Notes under the pieces: model-generated | The model's input: only the letters and a program-made list of their open reading frames with translations | Databases searched by the model: none | What the model was told of the DNA's origin: nothing | Assembly: GCA_964304625.1 (NCBI GenBank) | Contig: OZ199839.1 | Span: 7,835,166-7,899,165 of the forward strand | Direction: 5' to 3' | Origin: Kudoa neothunni | Taxonomy: Eukaryota > Animalia > Cnidaria | DNA: 64,000 nt | In this document: piece after piece, positions 51,109 to 64,000 of the stretch | Numbering within the stretch: position 1 is the stretch's first letter | Layout of the letters: every line of letters begins with the position of its first letter | Position numbers and translations under genes: made by a program

Positions 51109-53518
51109 CAGTAGGAAATAGATTTTTCGAAATAATTCAGGTATTGAGAAAATTACGTAAAATCCGCAACGATAACTTTTTCGTATTTTAAACAACTTAT
51201 TTTTGTTTTGAAATTATTTAAACTGAATTTTAATATTATATTCTAACATTAAATTTTTACTTTTACACAGAGTTTGAGAGCAAATGAGAAACCAGAAGTT
51301 AAAAAATATGAAAATTCGATTGTCCATGGTATTATAAAAATCGTTAATATAAATAAGAGAAAAAAGTGCAGTCTGTATATGTGTGCTTGTTTCCTTATAC
51401 AATATAAAGTGGTTGACGGTTTCTACGTAGAACAGATTTAAGCACTTTTTATATAGACATTCATTGGTGTAAAAATTATACAAACCAGATGATAGGTAGT
51501 TTATTCGTTAATATTTCTTCGAATTCTTATTTAAAAAATTTTTCCAGGATTAATAGAAAAACCAAAAATACATGAAATTGGTATGACCGATTTTAGGTAC
51601 TTTTTTAAAACACGTTGGGTACGTTTTCTGCTCCTTTCGTGGACTCTGGAATGGCTAAAACTAAAAAAAACAACGAACATTAAAAGATAAACTCCATATC
51701 ATAAAATATTATGATACGCTACCGAAAAAAGGAGCGAAAGCAGCCACAATTAAAAAATTTATTCACCCACAATATCATCCTTGAATAGCATTCTCGATAA
51801 AGGGCAAGAAATTGAGACGAACGACGAGTCTGGTCTAATTTCGTCGAAAAGAAAAAATTAAAAACTGTGAAAAGAGAATGATATCGATGAAGCTGTTTTT
51901 AACTGGTTTAATGTTATGAGGAGCAAAAACGCTGAACTATCCATATACGATATTATTTCTAAACGAAACAATATCGCCAAATTGAGGGGCGGTAATTCTA
52001 CTGCTACCACAGGTTGGTTCAGAGGATTTAAAACTCGCTTCAAACTGAGAAGGGTTACCTTCCATGGTGAATCTGCCTCGGTAGATCCAACGGTTGTAGA
52101 TAATTGGAAGTTACGTTTAGCTGATGTTTCATTCGGTTTCTCTCCTGATTACGTATACAGTTTAGACGAAACGGCACTTTATTACCAACGGCAGAGAGGT
52201 AAACAATTAATAATTAAATATTAATAAATATTCCACAGGTAAAAGCTATGTTGCTTCTAATGAACGAAATAACGGATGCCTAAAAAAATCAAAAAAAAGA
52301 GTGACCATTTTATTTGGTGCTTCCATGACTGGTGAAAAGCTTGATCCGCTCTTAATATGTAATTGGTCATTTTTGTAAACCTCGATTTTTTAAAAATGTG
52401 CCTAATTTACCAGTCACTTAGGAACATTCAAAAAAAGCTTGGATGAATGGAACCATCTTTAGGAGATATCTGTTATAATTGAATAATTTTTTCAAGAGTA
52501 AAAACAAAAAAGTGCTCCTATCCGTCGACAATGCAAGTTGCCGTATTCATTCCAACCTAAGTAATATCACTCTCGAGTATCTACCCAAGAATAGCACGAG
52601 TGTTGCAGCCCCTTGATCAAGGAATTATTCGTTCCTTTAAGGTTTCGTACATTTCAAAATTGATACAAAGGAATTATTACGTATGTTGAAGCGGAAATAA
52701 CTACTAACCCTCCAGACCTTCTAGATGCTCTGATGATGATAAAAAATGCTTGGCATGATGTTAATCAACAGACTGTCATTAATTGTTTTGAAAAATCTGG
52801 TTTTATCAAACAAGATACATATATTTTAAATGAAGTCAACATCACTCAAACAAGTGAAAGGATAGAGCCTGAATTGTCTTTGGAAATCGACGAAATAATG
52901 AATGAGGAAGATCAGTAACAAAATAAAGCTGATTTTGAAGATCGCGAACAATATCCTGATAAACTGGATAATAAATCAGATGAGGAATTCCAACTCGAAG
53001 TCGACGAGAGCGTCATTTCAAAATGCGCATTAGAATGTATAAATAAATTGAAAACCTATTTTAGAAATAATAGACTTGAATATTATGGACTTCTTTTGAA
53101 TATTATAGGAAATGATGTTGGAAATATAAATAAAAAATTTAGTTCAAATTAAAATAACAAACTTCTTCCTCAAAATATCGGATAAATCGTAGTATAGTTT
53201 TTTTTATTTTGTGTATTTATTGGAGATAATAAATGTGGTTTAAATGAGTATTTTCGAATGTATATTTAAAGAGTGAGGCCAACTAAATTAAGTGAAATTA
53301 CGCATTAAATTTTTACAATCTCATCGTGAATATTCAAATGATTTCCGATCATACTCAATAATAGTTGGAATTTTTAAATTAGGTCTTCATCAGATAGTTA
53401 CGATAATGCATTGAAATTCACGGAATTTTTGTATAGGGATAGAAAAAAAATCAAATATATAAATGAAGAAGATAAATATACGTATGCGCACAACGTACGT
53501 AAAATCCGCCACTCACTG
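51109..53518 (+). mobile_element. pogo/Tigger transposon, copy 2, near full length, pseudogenised
   Basis: CENP-B HTH: DIDEAVFNWF..MRSKN...TGWFRGFKTRF. DDE motifs: SLDETALYY, RVTILFGASMTGEKL, KKAWMNG, VDNASC, YLPKNSTS and PLDQGIIRSFK. Probable ends are TA|CAGT at 51109 and ACTG|TA at 53518 (TIR match is weak). Confidence 0.9.
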
Positions 53519-54299
53519 TATTTTTATCTAAAAATTAAGGTTAATAAACAATTAAATAATGTGACGAAAATTTCAACATTATTTTTGGAAAAACCTTTGG
53601 ATAAGTTTTCATTATCTATTAATTAATCTTTAGTTTGGTATATTGTAGTATCAAAGTACAATGTTCAAAAAGTCTGGATTTTCTAAATCATTTTGAATTA
53701 TAGTCGATGATACGTTTTCCACGCATGATTTAAAGTTTAAATAAAACCAAAATGATATACTTAATTAAATTTGAATTATCCATATTTATTACGTTGCACT
53801 CTTCGTATCGTAATGAAATTTTTTTAAAATTAATTCCAAATCTATTTTTAAATTATACGAACCAACCGTTATAACCGATAAATTTGTCAATAACAATGGA
53901 TTTAGCGATACTTGTTGTCTTTCAACAATTAAGTAAGCAGGAACAACCTTTTTTTCATTTTTCATTTTAGTTATTCATGTATAAAATAAATTAACTAACT
54001 CTACGTATTTTTTCTTCTTTCATTCTATTTTTTGAAGCCGAAATAACATAATTAACAATATCGTTTTGAGTAGCTAAAATTCCTTTAATAGTAGAATGTC
54101 TTGAAAATATATTATATTGGGATTAGTTAATTTTATATTATTAGATGGCATAGGTAGTTTAAAAGTCATTCTTTTTTCTTCTTTGGGTGATTTAATCGAA
54201 TTATAATCGATTATTTCAATCTTTTCAGCCACTGGTCGCTGATTCCTTACCATTTTAGTTTCGCAGAATTAAAAAAGAAAATTAATTGAGTATTAAACT

Positions 54300-55700
54300 G
54301 AACAAAATTTTACACAGTAGCGAGATTTTAGTTTTAGCACACTATCTTGAATTTATACTTCTTTAATAAAAACTTTTTATCTTCTCTTGCTCAGTTAACT
54401 TTAATCTAAATAATATAAAAGCAAAGTTTGAGTAAAAAATTTAAAATATCCTTTATATTTCAAAGAACTTGTGAAATTACGCAATATCCCCCCAGGTTCG
54501 ACTGTACTTCGAAATTAATTGGGAGCAAATTGCAGAAGAATGGACAATGTGTCTTAGCAACGCCATAAATTTTTATAATAACTGTACGAATAATCAATTA
54601 GAAGCAATAAACTCGAAATTAAAGATACAATAAATAAATTTTCACCTCTAGAGAACTTTTTAGGAAGGTTTTTTAAAATTATATGTTCTATGAGAATTGA
54701 AATAAATGTAAAAATCACAAATGATCTCTTAAAACAAGATTCATCAGATATAACAAGCGCCGTGAAAAAATTGTCTTTTAATTTACTAACACCTTTTGTC
54801 TTCTCAATCGTTGAAAAAGAATTTTCTTCACTGGATAATGGAATCATAGAACATACAAACTTGTTAAATAAATGTAACTGCATAATTAACCGAACTTTTA
54901 GTTTACCTTGTGCGGCATATTTTTTGCCGTAAAACATTTCTTTTGGAAGAACTATACCAACCTTCACCTTGTGGTAAAAGATGAACTAGGGAATATGCAA
55001 ATGAATATATACATAATAATTCTCCATTCGATAATAATGTCAAACCTAAACATCATGAACAAGTATAAACTATTCCAAAGGAATCCCTGAAAACTTACTT
55101 AAGACGCTTAAAAAATTCATTGGTCTATACAAACTAACTTAGATCAACTTCGGCAGAATATTGCGATGAATTTTACCATAGATCAATCGCTGCACTGCCA
55201 TCAAAGGAATAGAGGCTGTTTTAAGAGATTTTATTGTTTTAAAATTAGAAAAAAAATATTAAAAATTTGTATAAAATGTATATAACTATTTTTTTGTAAA
55301 AAATAAAACTATTATTCATAATTCGCAGCGTGATAATCACGTAGAAAATGACGAGCCCATTGAAGGAAGAAACGGCGTTAATATAAGTATAATTTATTCA
55401 GATAAATATTAGATATCAAATTTCGAAGGAAGAAGCGGGTGTAAATGAAATTGCTGAAGCATCCCCACCTAAATTATTTATAATGACTCGTTAAGACTTG
55501 TATAATGTGCATAGTGACCTGAAGACAGATGGGTTTGAAATCGATAAAAATTACAGAAGTTAAATAATCATATCAAACTTTTTATTAAATTTATATAGAT
55601 TTAAAATTCCCCTCTAAAGTACGAGCGTTAGGACGACCTAAAAAAAAGACGACGAGAAATTTAAATCCATATATAAGCATTAAAACGATATTATCTTCTA
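54300..55700 (+). mobile_element. Mutator/MULE transposase pseudogene with SWIM zinc finger
   Basis: Plus strand from ~54505 reads YFEINWEQIAEEWTMCLSNAINFYNNCTNNQLEAINSKLK (cf. MULE YFxxNW...TNNxxESxNxxLK). SWIM motif KCNC...LPC/RHIFAV is frameshifted at ~54870-54930, and an AT-hook-like GRPKKK is at ~55631. Confidence 0.8.
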
Positions 55701-58700
55701 AAAAATATATATCATAATAATATATCCATCATATACAAATTTTTGTTTTTGTTTTTAAAATAAGAAAATAGGTTAAAAATCACAATTATTTGATCCTAAA
55801 AACAGTTATATCCGTTTTATAATATAAATAAATTGAGGAAAGTATTACTCCTTGTTTTTTACCTATGTTTTATTAGAAACATATGATAGAATGGACAGGT
55901 ACAATGGGACGCCTTAGAGAATTTTTTAGCATTCACGCTCACTCTCTCATCAAATACATCGTTCCTCGTAGTTTCTTATGGAAATTACGATACCTATATT
56001 CGAGGTTACTTAGAATCAAACTTAAATATAAATTCTTGAGAGATATTTCTGCCTAATTCATGCGTTATTGGCTAATTTATAGGTAAAAGGCCAACTAAGT
56101 TGATTTTTTCTGAAAATTTACCTAATGATAGTTCATTCATTGTTATATGTATTTATGAAATTAAAATTTTAATACGAGTGCTATTTTAAGAGATATTCCC
56201 ATCCGTTGCAATAGCCACTTCCAAATATAAAAGTTAATCCAAAAGAGTTAAATTTCTTATAAATGGAAAGATGTGGCTATAAAATTTTAGAAATCATAAT
56301 CTAATTATGTTATCGATTGGCAGTTTGTTGCTCTTTTTGTAAACTCCCCTTAATTATTTGACTTTGAAAGTATAAAATTTAGTTTTCTAATGTTTCATAT
56401 ACATTTTTTCTAAAAATATATCTATTTAATTTAAAAAAATTTAAAAAACGATGTAAAAATAATGTTTAGCAAACCTGGTTTATAGATTTTTGTATTTTAC
56501 TTATATAAATTTGAGAAATAAAATTTTATCTGACGAATCCTCTACGTGATGACCTTTTCTAAATATCCATAAAATATTGGATTAGGATGAGAAAAGTAAG
56601 AACTAATAAAATAGACATTTGATAAAATAAGAGCAAATATAAAGTGAGTTAAGTAATGTGATTTTTCTACTACGAGAATAAAGATTCTAGTGTCAACATT
56701 TCCTACAATAAACAGACCCCTTATGTTTTATAAAGAGTTAATCTGATTACATCAACGTGTTCAAAAGTTCCAATCGAATTGGGTAAAATTTGTGACTAAC
56801 ATTTAACCTTATTGAATTTTTTTGGACTAAATCAAATTTTAACATAAGTAGATATAAAAGTTTAAAATTTTTGATTAAATTATGATTTTATTAATTTCTG
56901 TGTTATTATACTTCCACAATCGAGGAAAATTTCCCCAATCTTATAGGTTTACATAAATTACTATTTTAGATTCGGTTAACAAATATTCAATGAGTTTGTA
57001 GAATATTTTTGGGATTGTCTCTATACGAAATGATATTTGGGGTCAGTGCGTGTAATTTTTAATTCTTCTTTTTATAAGGTTGAAAAATATTTAAAAATAT
57101 AATTGAGATAAACTGATGTGATTTTGAATTTTCTGACATTTAATTAAAATTACAGAGCAATTATTAAATAAAAATACAAGCACACATTTTTTGCTCAATT
57201 AGTCATTTTGTGTAGAAACGGGTCCAAACAAACAGGTATGACCACAGCTACTCTACATTTTACATGTAAATTGAAAACTTTTAAGGCGCTGCGTTAAGAA
57301 ACTTTCCAAAACTAAATAAATTTTTTAAATATGAAATGATCTAGGGTAGACATACAGCCAATGAACGGTAGGATAAATTTTTAGGAGTTATATACCAAAA
57401 AATGTGGCAGGATTACGCATATAGTAATTGTACAAAATCACCTGTAGGAAGGTTCTAAACTGTGATCATCACTAAACACATACTATGAGGGGAAATTAAA
57501 AATATTTTTTCACTAAAATCAAACCTTCAATAATTAAGATCCTCAAAAAATTCCGAAATCATACTCCTTTAAAATCCTCTTTGTACCAGTGAGTTGCAAC
57601 CAATGATGAAAAGATGACGAAAAATATAGATAGTATTTAAGAGATATGAGAAATAAGTATTAATATGTAAAATCTCATCAATTTCTTAAAGGAATATTTA
57701 GATATTAATATTAATATTTGTCAAGAACAGTATATTTCGGAGAATTTATTGGAAGGAAAAGAATAACCTGCCTTAAGAGGATGCAAATAGTTATTTTGAT
57801 TTATTAATGATAAAACATTAAATATCTCTTCATTTGATTTTTAATCAATATCATACATATGGTGAAAGAATTATTCCGAAAGAATACCTGTTACCAATTA
57901 AGAATATAATATATAGGTAGAGTATTCATAAAAAGTTTATCTACACAAAATTACTACGAAAATTATATTGATATATGATCATTCGTAATAAATAAATTTT
58001 TAACATCCAATATTATTAAAAAAAATAATATTTAATATGTTAATACCCTATATATATATTATCACCTTAAAATATCCATGGATTAATGTTATAATTATTT
58101 ATCCCCTCAAAGGCAGAGGGAACTCAATAAATATTTTCCAACCAATTATTTTTCTTAATTTTTTACAAGCATGAAGTTGGCTGAAGTTACAAGTTTTCGA
58201 ACTAATGATCATTCCAAAAGTAATAAGCGATTTATTATATTTTGTTAATTATTAAATAATAAAAAAATTATCTAATTGATTCATCAGTTATGTATTCTTT
58301 AACTAAAGAATTTATCTCCAAATATAAATAGATATTAATGAAATATTTAAATTAATGTCAAATTTATTGGATTAAATACATTTACAATTATTTATTAAAT
58401 AATTGATTTGATTGGAATTTTCTAAAATAATTTTCGAATATTGATATTACATAATAATTCAATAATTTATAAAAAAAGATATTCTCAAATTCCTTAAGTT
58501 GTAATATGATCGGTCATTATTGTTATTGTCATCAGGGCAGATAAAATATGTGGTATAGTTTTAAACTGTGGATCCATAAATAACCCCACATTTTTTTGCT
58601 GTAATTGTGTTAATGGGCTTTAAATCCTCAAATAAAATAATTGATAGAACGAAAGTTCATTATTATATTTGAGGCGTCCTCAGTAACAGTACGATACAGA

Positions 58701-59065
58701 GGGTAGGCTCTAATAAGTTGTTCGATTGGTCGAGAACGCCTTAAACCAGTAAAATTGTTGTTTAACCAAATCTACTGCTCTTAATGATATTATTTTTAAC
58801 AAGTGAGAAATCCAAGATGACAATGTTTATAGAGTAGTACTATACAACCTCAAAAAGATAAACGCGAAAAACGTTACTTCTCTCAACGGTAATAGCGTGT
58901 ATGATGCTTGTCTGACAAACCAGAATCTCTACGAATTAATAACTTTCCTAAGTTTTTTTTCTATCACTCGATAACAATATATTTTTATCAATAGTTTGAA
59001 ACAATAAATCTCATATTTATAAATTTAATATATTGATTTTGAGTCATTAAACATATTTGTCATAA

Positions 59066-60831
59066 ATGTACTTTGGTATTATTCATTATTTTCGGGTTAT
59101 GATACTTTTTTTAGAAGACGATACAATTTCATTTTGTACTCGAAATAATGTATCGAATAGAAACTATAACTTTGTTTCGTGGTTTATCATGTTGGGGCCA
59201 TTCATAATTGGTTGCATGGTCAACGCCTTAGGTGACAACAGTGTATAATTATCAATATAAAATAAGAAAATAATTGATAAATATAGTTAATACTAAAAAG
59301 GTTTCTCTTATTGAAAAATCAGGAAGCGAATCAGACCGAATACGATGCACTCAAAAAAACATTAACACTAGGAGGACTTTTTCCACTTGGTGGCCTCATT
59401 GGCGCTTATTTCGGTGGTGTGCTTGTTGACAAGTGTGGGAGGTAATTCAAATCCCTTAATCTATTCTTAAAAACAACCATTAATTAAATATAAATTTAGA
59501 AAGTACACCACAATTTTTCTCACACAAATCATGATATTAGGGAACGCTCTCAAGGTTTTATCATTTTCGATGAATATTTGGATATTCTATAGTGGGAGAT
59601 TATTGGATGGTATTGGTTCTGGGGGCTTAATGGTGACATGTGTGAACTGGCTTCTTGAAATGCAGCCCGCTAAATTACACCCAATCATCAAGCCGCTCAT
59701 TTACATAAGTTTGAACGCAGGTGTGTTAGTTTTTGGAATTTTGATTAGTGGCTTCGGCTTTAATACCGAATGGTATCTCGCCTATTGGGTTGCGATTTTT
59801 GCTGCTGAGCTGCTTACAATTGTATCGGGGTTACTGCCTGAAAGCTACAAATTCATCTACCAGAAAACTAATGATGTAAATGTTGCTAGAGAGTATCTGC
59901 AAAAGATTCATGGTGATGGTTATATGGAAGAGGAATTTCTGGATGTAATCAATCCAGTCACAAGTACCAGCAGTGTTAAACAAGTTTCCATTACAGATTT
60001 GTATAAGAGTAGGAGATTCCAGCCTGCAATTATCACTGGAATCTATATCTACCTTGCGCAGCAAATTACTGGTATCAATGCTATTGTAGCATTCACCGAA
60101 AATATTATTAAAAGTCTGCGATCAACTTCTGGTAATAAACAAGTTGATACCAACTCGTTAAATTATTCAGAAAGCCCGCAAAAATACATCTCTCTACTTA
60201 TAATAGCCAGTGGATTATTGGGATCTGTGATTTTTGTATTTGATAACAATTCAAGCTTTAAATTATTTAGAAATTTTAGGCAAAATTTATTGCAAAATAC
60301 AGACGAAAAATGATGCTCCTAATTGGATATGCTGGTATGACTATTAGTCTCTCACTTACCATGTTGCTTTATGTATGGGGTGCAAGTCCTATCGTTACTG
60401 GCATTTGTTTGGGATCGTTCGTTTTAGTCCATCAGATTGGACCAGGTAACTCTTACAAGCCGAAATCCAAATGCACGCTCGTTGTTAATGATATTTTAGG
60501 TCCTTTTGTGTGGTTCATCATACTAGAAATGCTCCCAGCCGAGACACACGCAGCAGCTTTGAGTTTAACAACTATCGCCAATTGGCTTGCACAAGCTTTG
60601 GTCTATTTCCTTTTCCCCATAGTTGAGGTATACACAACACTTTCTATGGTGGTATTATGTCGTTATTATTTTCACTTTATTCAGTATCATATTGGAATTA
60701 AATCGCTTTACATTTTTATCGGTTCAAACGTTCTGACCCTGTTCTTCCTTTGCTTTTTGATGGAAGAAACTCTCGGCAAATCTCCACACGAGGTCATCGC
60801 TAACTATCAAAAACGTTGGGGTAGACAATGA
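59066..60831 (+). CDS. SLC2A/GLUT-like transporter, paralogue 4 (closest to paralogue 3)
   Basis: Motifs: LGPFIIG, FPLGGLIG, DKCGR|K, SGRLLDG, LPES, QQITGIN, HQIGPG|PFVW, ANW and EETLGKS; stop TGA at the end of ORF 60310-60831. The true start is uncertain: either the in-frame ATG at 59066 or an upstream exon (~58830-58872) spliced to the acceptor near 59114. Confidence 0.9.
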
Positions 60832-61303
60832 ACATCACAATACCTACTTCACTAATATTTTCGCTATTCAATAATATTACTTAATCATTTTTGTGGATTG
60901 TTGGCTGTAAAGTATAATTATTTATACATATAGTTCGGTATATTAAAATTTAGATTAATTTAACAAAATATGGCGACGAGTTTATAATGAACTGCCAGAA
61001 ATAAGCTTTATTATTCATAGTACCTTAATAATCTAACGCGGAACTAACAAGCTCTTGAAATTACTGCAAAGGTTCTTCTTTTAGCTTATCATTATTCCAC
61101 TTATTCTAAATTACTTTTCGTATTATATGTGTTATTCTATTTACGCATATCTGTGCGCTACCCGTGTTTGGCTTATTGGAGATCAACAAGACCTCTAGAG
61201 TCCTTTTGAATAAATCTAATTACACACGAAATTTGTTGATATATATGCCTGAATAAACAAATTAAAATGTGTTTTTAAATGCAATGTCAAAAATTTTTCA
61301 TAT

Positions 61304-61597
61304 GGTAGTGTCTATTTTGCCGGACGGGCTTTTTCTCTTAAAATAATAATTCAACCATTATCATTTTTTCCAAAAAATATCTTATAAATTCAGAATATAA
61401 AATCATATTCATTTATTTTTTAGTTAACAGTTAGACATTCAAATGCATCAGGGATATTTTCTCATATAAGTATCTATACAAAATACTTTAAGTTTACAAG
61501 TAAGTCTGCAGTTATAAAAGATATTTTTTGGAAAAAATGATCATGGTTGAATTATTATTTTAAGAGAAAAAGCCCGTCCGGCAAAATAGACACAACC
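61304..61597. mobile_element. MITE with ~85-bp TIRs and a perfect 9-bp TSD (Mutator- or Merlin-type)
   Basis: TTTTCATAT|GGTAGTGTCTATTTTGCCGGACGGGCTTTTTCTCTTAAAA ... TTTTAAGAGAAAAAGCCCGTCCGGCAAAATAGACACAACC|TTTTCATAT. Confidence 0.93.
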
Positions 61598-64000
61598 TTT
61601 TCATATTACATAATGAAGAATTATTCGTAGGTTAGTTTGTGCATTACCACGTACACGTGATCAATTGAAGTAAAAAAAGAAAGTAACTATTGACATGACT
61701 CGTATAATCTATGTTAGTATAAGTATCGCAGATTCTATCCAATAAAAACTTTATACATTAAATATTAAAATTTTCTTGTTAATATTTATTAAAATTTTGA
61801 ATAAACAAGAGAAAAATTTTCCGCTTCTTGGCGCTCCATTTTGGATATTTTATCAAAAATAGTTTCTAAATGTTATAGTAATTTATAACTACCTCGAAGC
61901 AAATTAAAAATAATGTGAATGAATTAAACATTAGAGTATGCATTCGAAAATATGAAATGTCACCATTTAAAACAGTGTAATTGATTATTATGTATGCATG
62001 TAATATATTCAATAAGATTGTTGGTAAAATGCAATTTGTCATAATTTAAAATATTCATATATATTTGTAAAATTTTTTAATTTCATAAAGTTATACAGAG
62101 ATTATTGTCGCGTATTATCTAATAAATCATTATTGCCCTCATTTATAATTCAAAGATATATATAATTCAATAGAAAAAAATATATATATTAGAACTCAAT
62201 TGGTTCTATATTTTCTTAAAAGTTTTAAATATTTCGGCATATTTAATAGTTTTGAACATGCGAAGTTACTGACAATATTGGCGGGCATGCACAAAAAAAA
62301 TTGATCGATGTAAGCATATTGATTATATTAGGCCATTGCTTGAAAATAAACTAAAAAATAAAATTCCTACACATTTTAAAGATAAAATGAAATTTTTACA
62401 TCATTTTGATACATACAAATAGGTTTTTTATCTAATTTTCATTTTCATTGTAATTTGATGATAATGACTGACAGAAATTTTTTTATCATTTTCATCACTT
62501 AATCTAACCATTTTTACGTAATATATTATTTTCGGACGGAAAAAAAAAGATTCGATATAAAAGAGTTAATAGGAATTGTTGGGACTAAAAATGGGTATCG
62601 CAGAGGCGTTATACCATTTAATACTCAAAATATTTATAGAGACAGCCATTATTAATTAATAATTGTCATTAAAAGGTAAACGAGACATAAAAGAAAGGAT
62701 TTAGTTTTACTTTTATAAATAAATGTAAAATAACTAATCCTAAAATATTTACAAACAAATGTATGTAACCATTTCTATTGAGTTTAATGGCCTTGAATAA
62801 TAAACGCTTCAAACAACGCTATGTTCGCAACAAATCACACTGTGTAAACAACCTTTATTGAATTTTGATGTTGCTTAATTACCCCTTACGTAGAAGATAG
62901 ATAATGCAATTTGGACAATATTTAATTTTATCATGAAACAAGAAAATTTTCATTTATTCTACGGATACATAATGTTTGAAACCTTATGAGAAAGAAATTC
63001 TTAAAAAAATCAAAACCAATAAAACGCCGATCATTAATCATTAAATCGATAAAAAGGTAAAGTTATAAAGCACAAACAGCTTTCTTCGAAGTATTTTTCT
63101 AGCGAGGCCAAATGAGTAACGATAGTTGATTATTGGTTCCAATAGGGTTGGGGTTATTTTGAGAGTGAGACAACATTTTTTTTCTTAAAATAACGTTAGG
63201 CTGGTGTAACTAAGAAACATAATTATACCTTATCAATGGTCGACGATATAGACAAATGATTGCAAGCAAGGAGCAAATGTTTCTTCTCAATCTCGCTTAG
63301 GTCATCTGGAAGATTAAGCTGGCTGATTTGGGGAGCATTTTTAAATTTACTTTAAAAATAAATTCTAAAAATGGAATAATAACATGAAGCATATTACTAT
63401 AATTTTTGATGAAAATGATCGTAAAGATCCTGACGATACATCGAGGTTTGGGCGAAACGCTCCAATTCGATTTTGTCACATTCTGAATCTATTCATCCAA
63501 ATGTTGTACATGTTAAAAATAAATTTAAAGGTTAAATTAAATTTCAGTTTACCAGTCACTCCAAACATTTTTTTAGTAAAATCCTTCAAATGCTTATTAC
63601 AGACTCCCATAAGTCTAGACAAACATCCATCAAGCTACATGAAAATTATTCTATCAAACATACGCATCGAGAGCTTTGAGTTCGTTGCACACGCCTACAT
63701 TGTTAGGAGAAAGTTCTAGACATTTGTTCAGATGAGATCTTGCTTTATCAAAATCTATTATGGATTTATATGCCTAATAATTTTTGAGAATTAAAACCCC
63801 TTCACCACAACAACAAATTACCTGACCAAGACGAAAGTGAGCTTTCATATTATCAGAGTCCATACTGAGAACCTAAAGTATATTTACACAATGTTCAACC
63901 AATATAACTAAAGGGGAAAAATATAATCATCAATTATTGATTATTTCAATAGAGCTTTAAGATATACTGTGTAATTTTTTAGATCAACGATTATTACATA

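Noticed and set aside
54554-54967. 137-aa minus-strand ORF as a membrane protein gene
   Set aside because: The plus strand carries recognisable MULE/SWIM transposase motifs, so this ORF is its antisense shadow.
63297-64000. ORFs 63297(-) and 63384(+) as genes or a transposase
   Set aside because: The region looks like decayed coding DNA, but I could not match any motif convincingly and it runs off the window edge.
1-64000. tRNA, rRNA or snRNA genes
   Set aside because: None was recognisable by eye. A tRNAscan-SE/Infernal search would be needed to exclude divergent ones.

Overview
This is eukaryotic (metazoan) genomic DNA, not prokaryotic. It is very AT-rich, has mostly 40-65 nt GT-AG introns, and encodes highly diverged proteins; a compact parasite genome such as a myxozoan would fit, but that is an inference. 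I reconstructed seven spliced genes by hand. One is a minus-strand SNAPC4/SNAP190 orthologue that the ORF track largely misses. Four are plus-strand GLUT/SLC2A-like sugar-porter paralogues with diverging substrate-binding residues. One is a ~840-aa type I membrane protein built from about seven Cys-decorated FN3-like domains, and one is a secreted 381-aa five-Kunitz-domain protein in which only one domain is canonical. The spacers hold decayed transposons (piggyBac, pogo/Tigger x2, Merlin/ISXO2 x2, Mutator-SWIM, BEL/Pao, probable hAT and Penelope), several MITEs and a 63-bp minisatellite. The best novelty candidates are the FN3-like surface protein, the degenerate penta-Kunitz protein and the neofunctionalising transporter array, which together look like a host-interface gene island. 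All gene models and family calls come from manual translation and motif recognition; no database searches were run.
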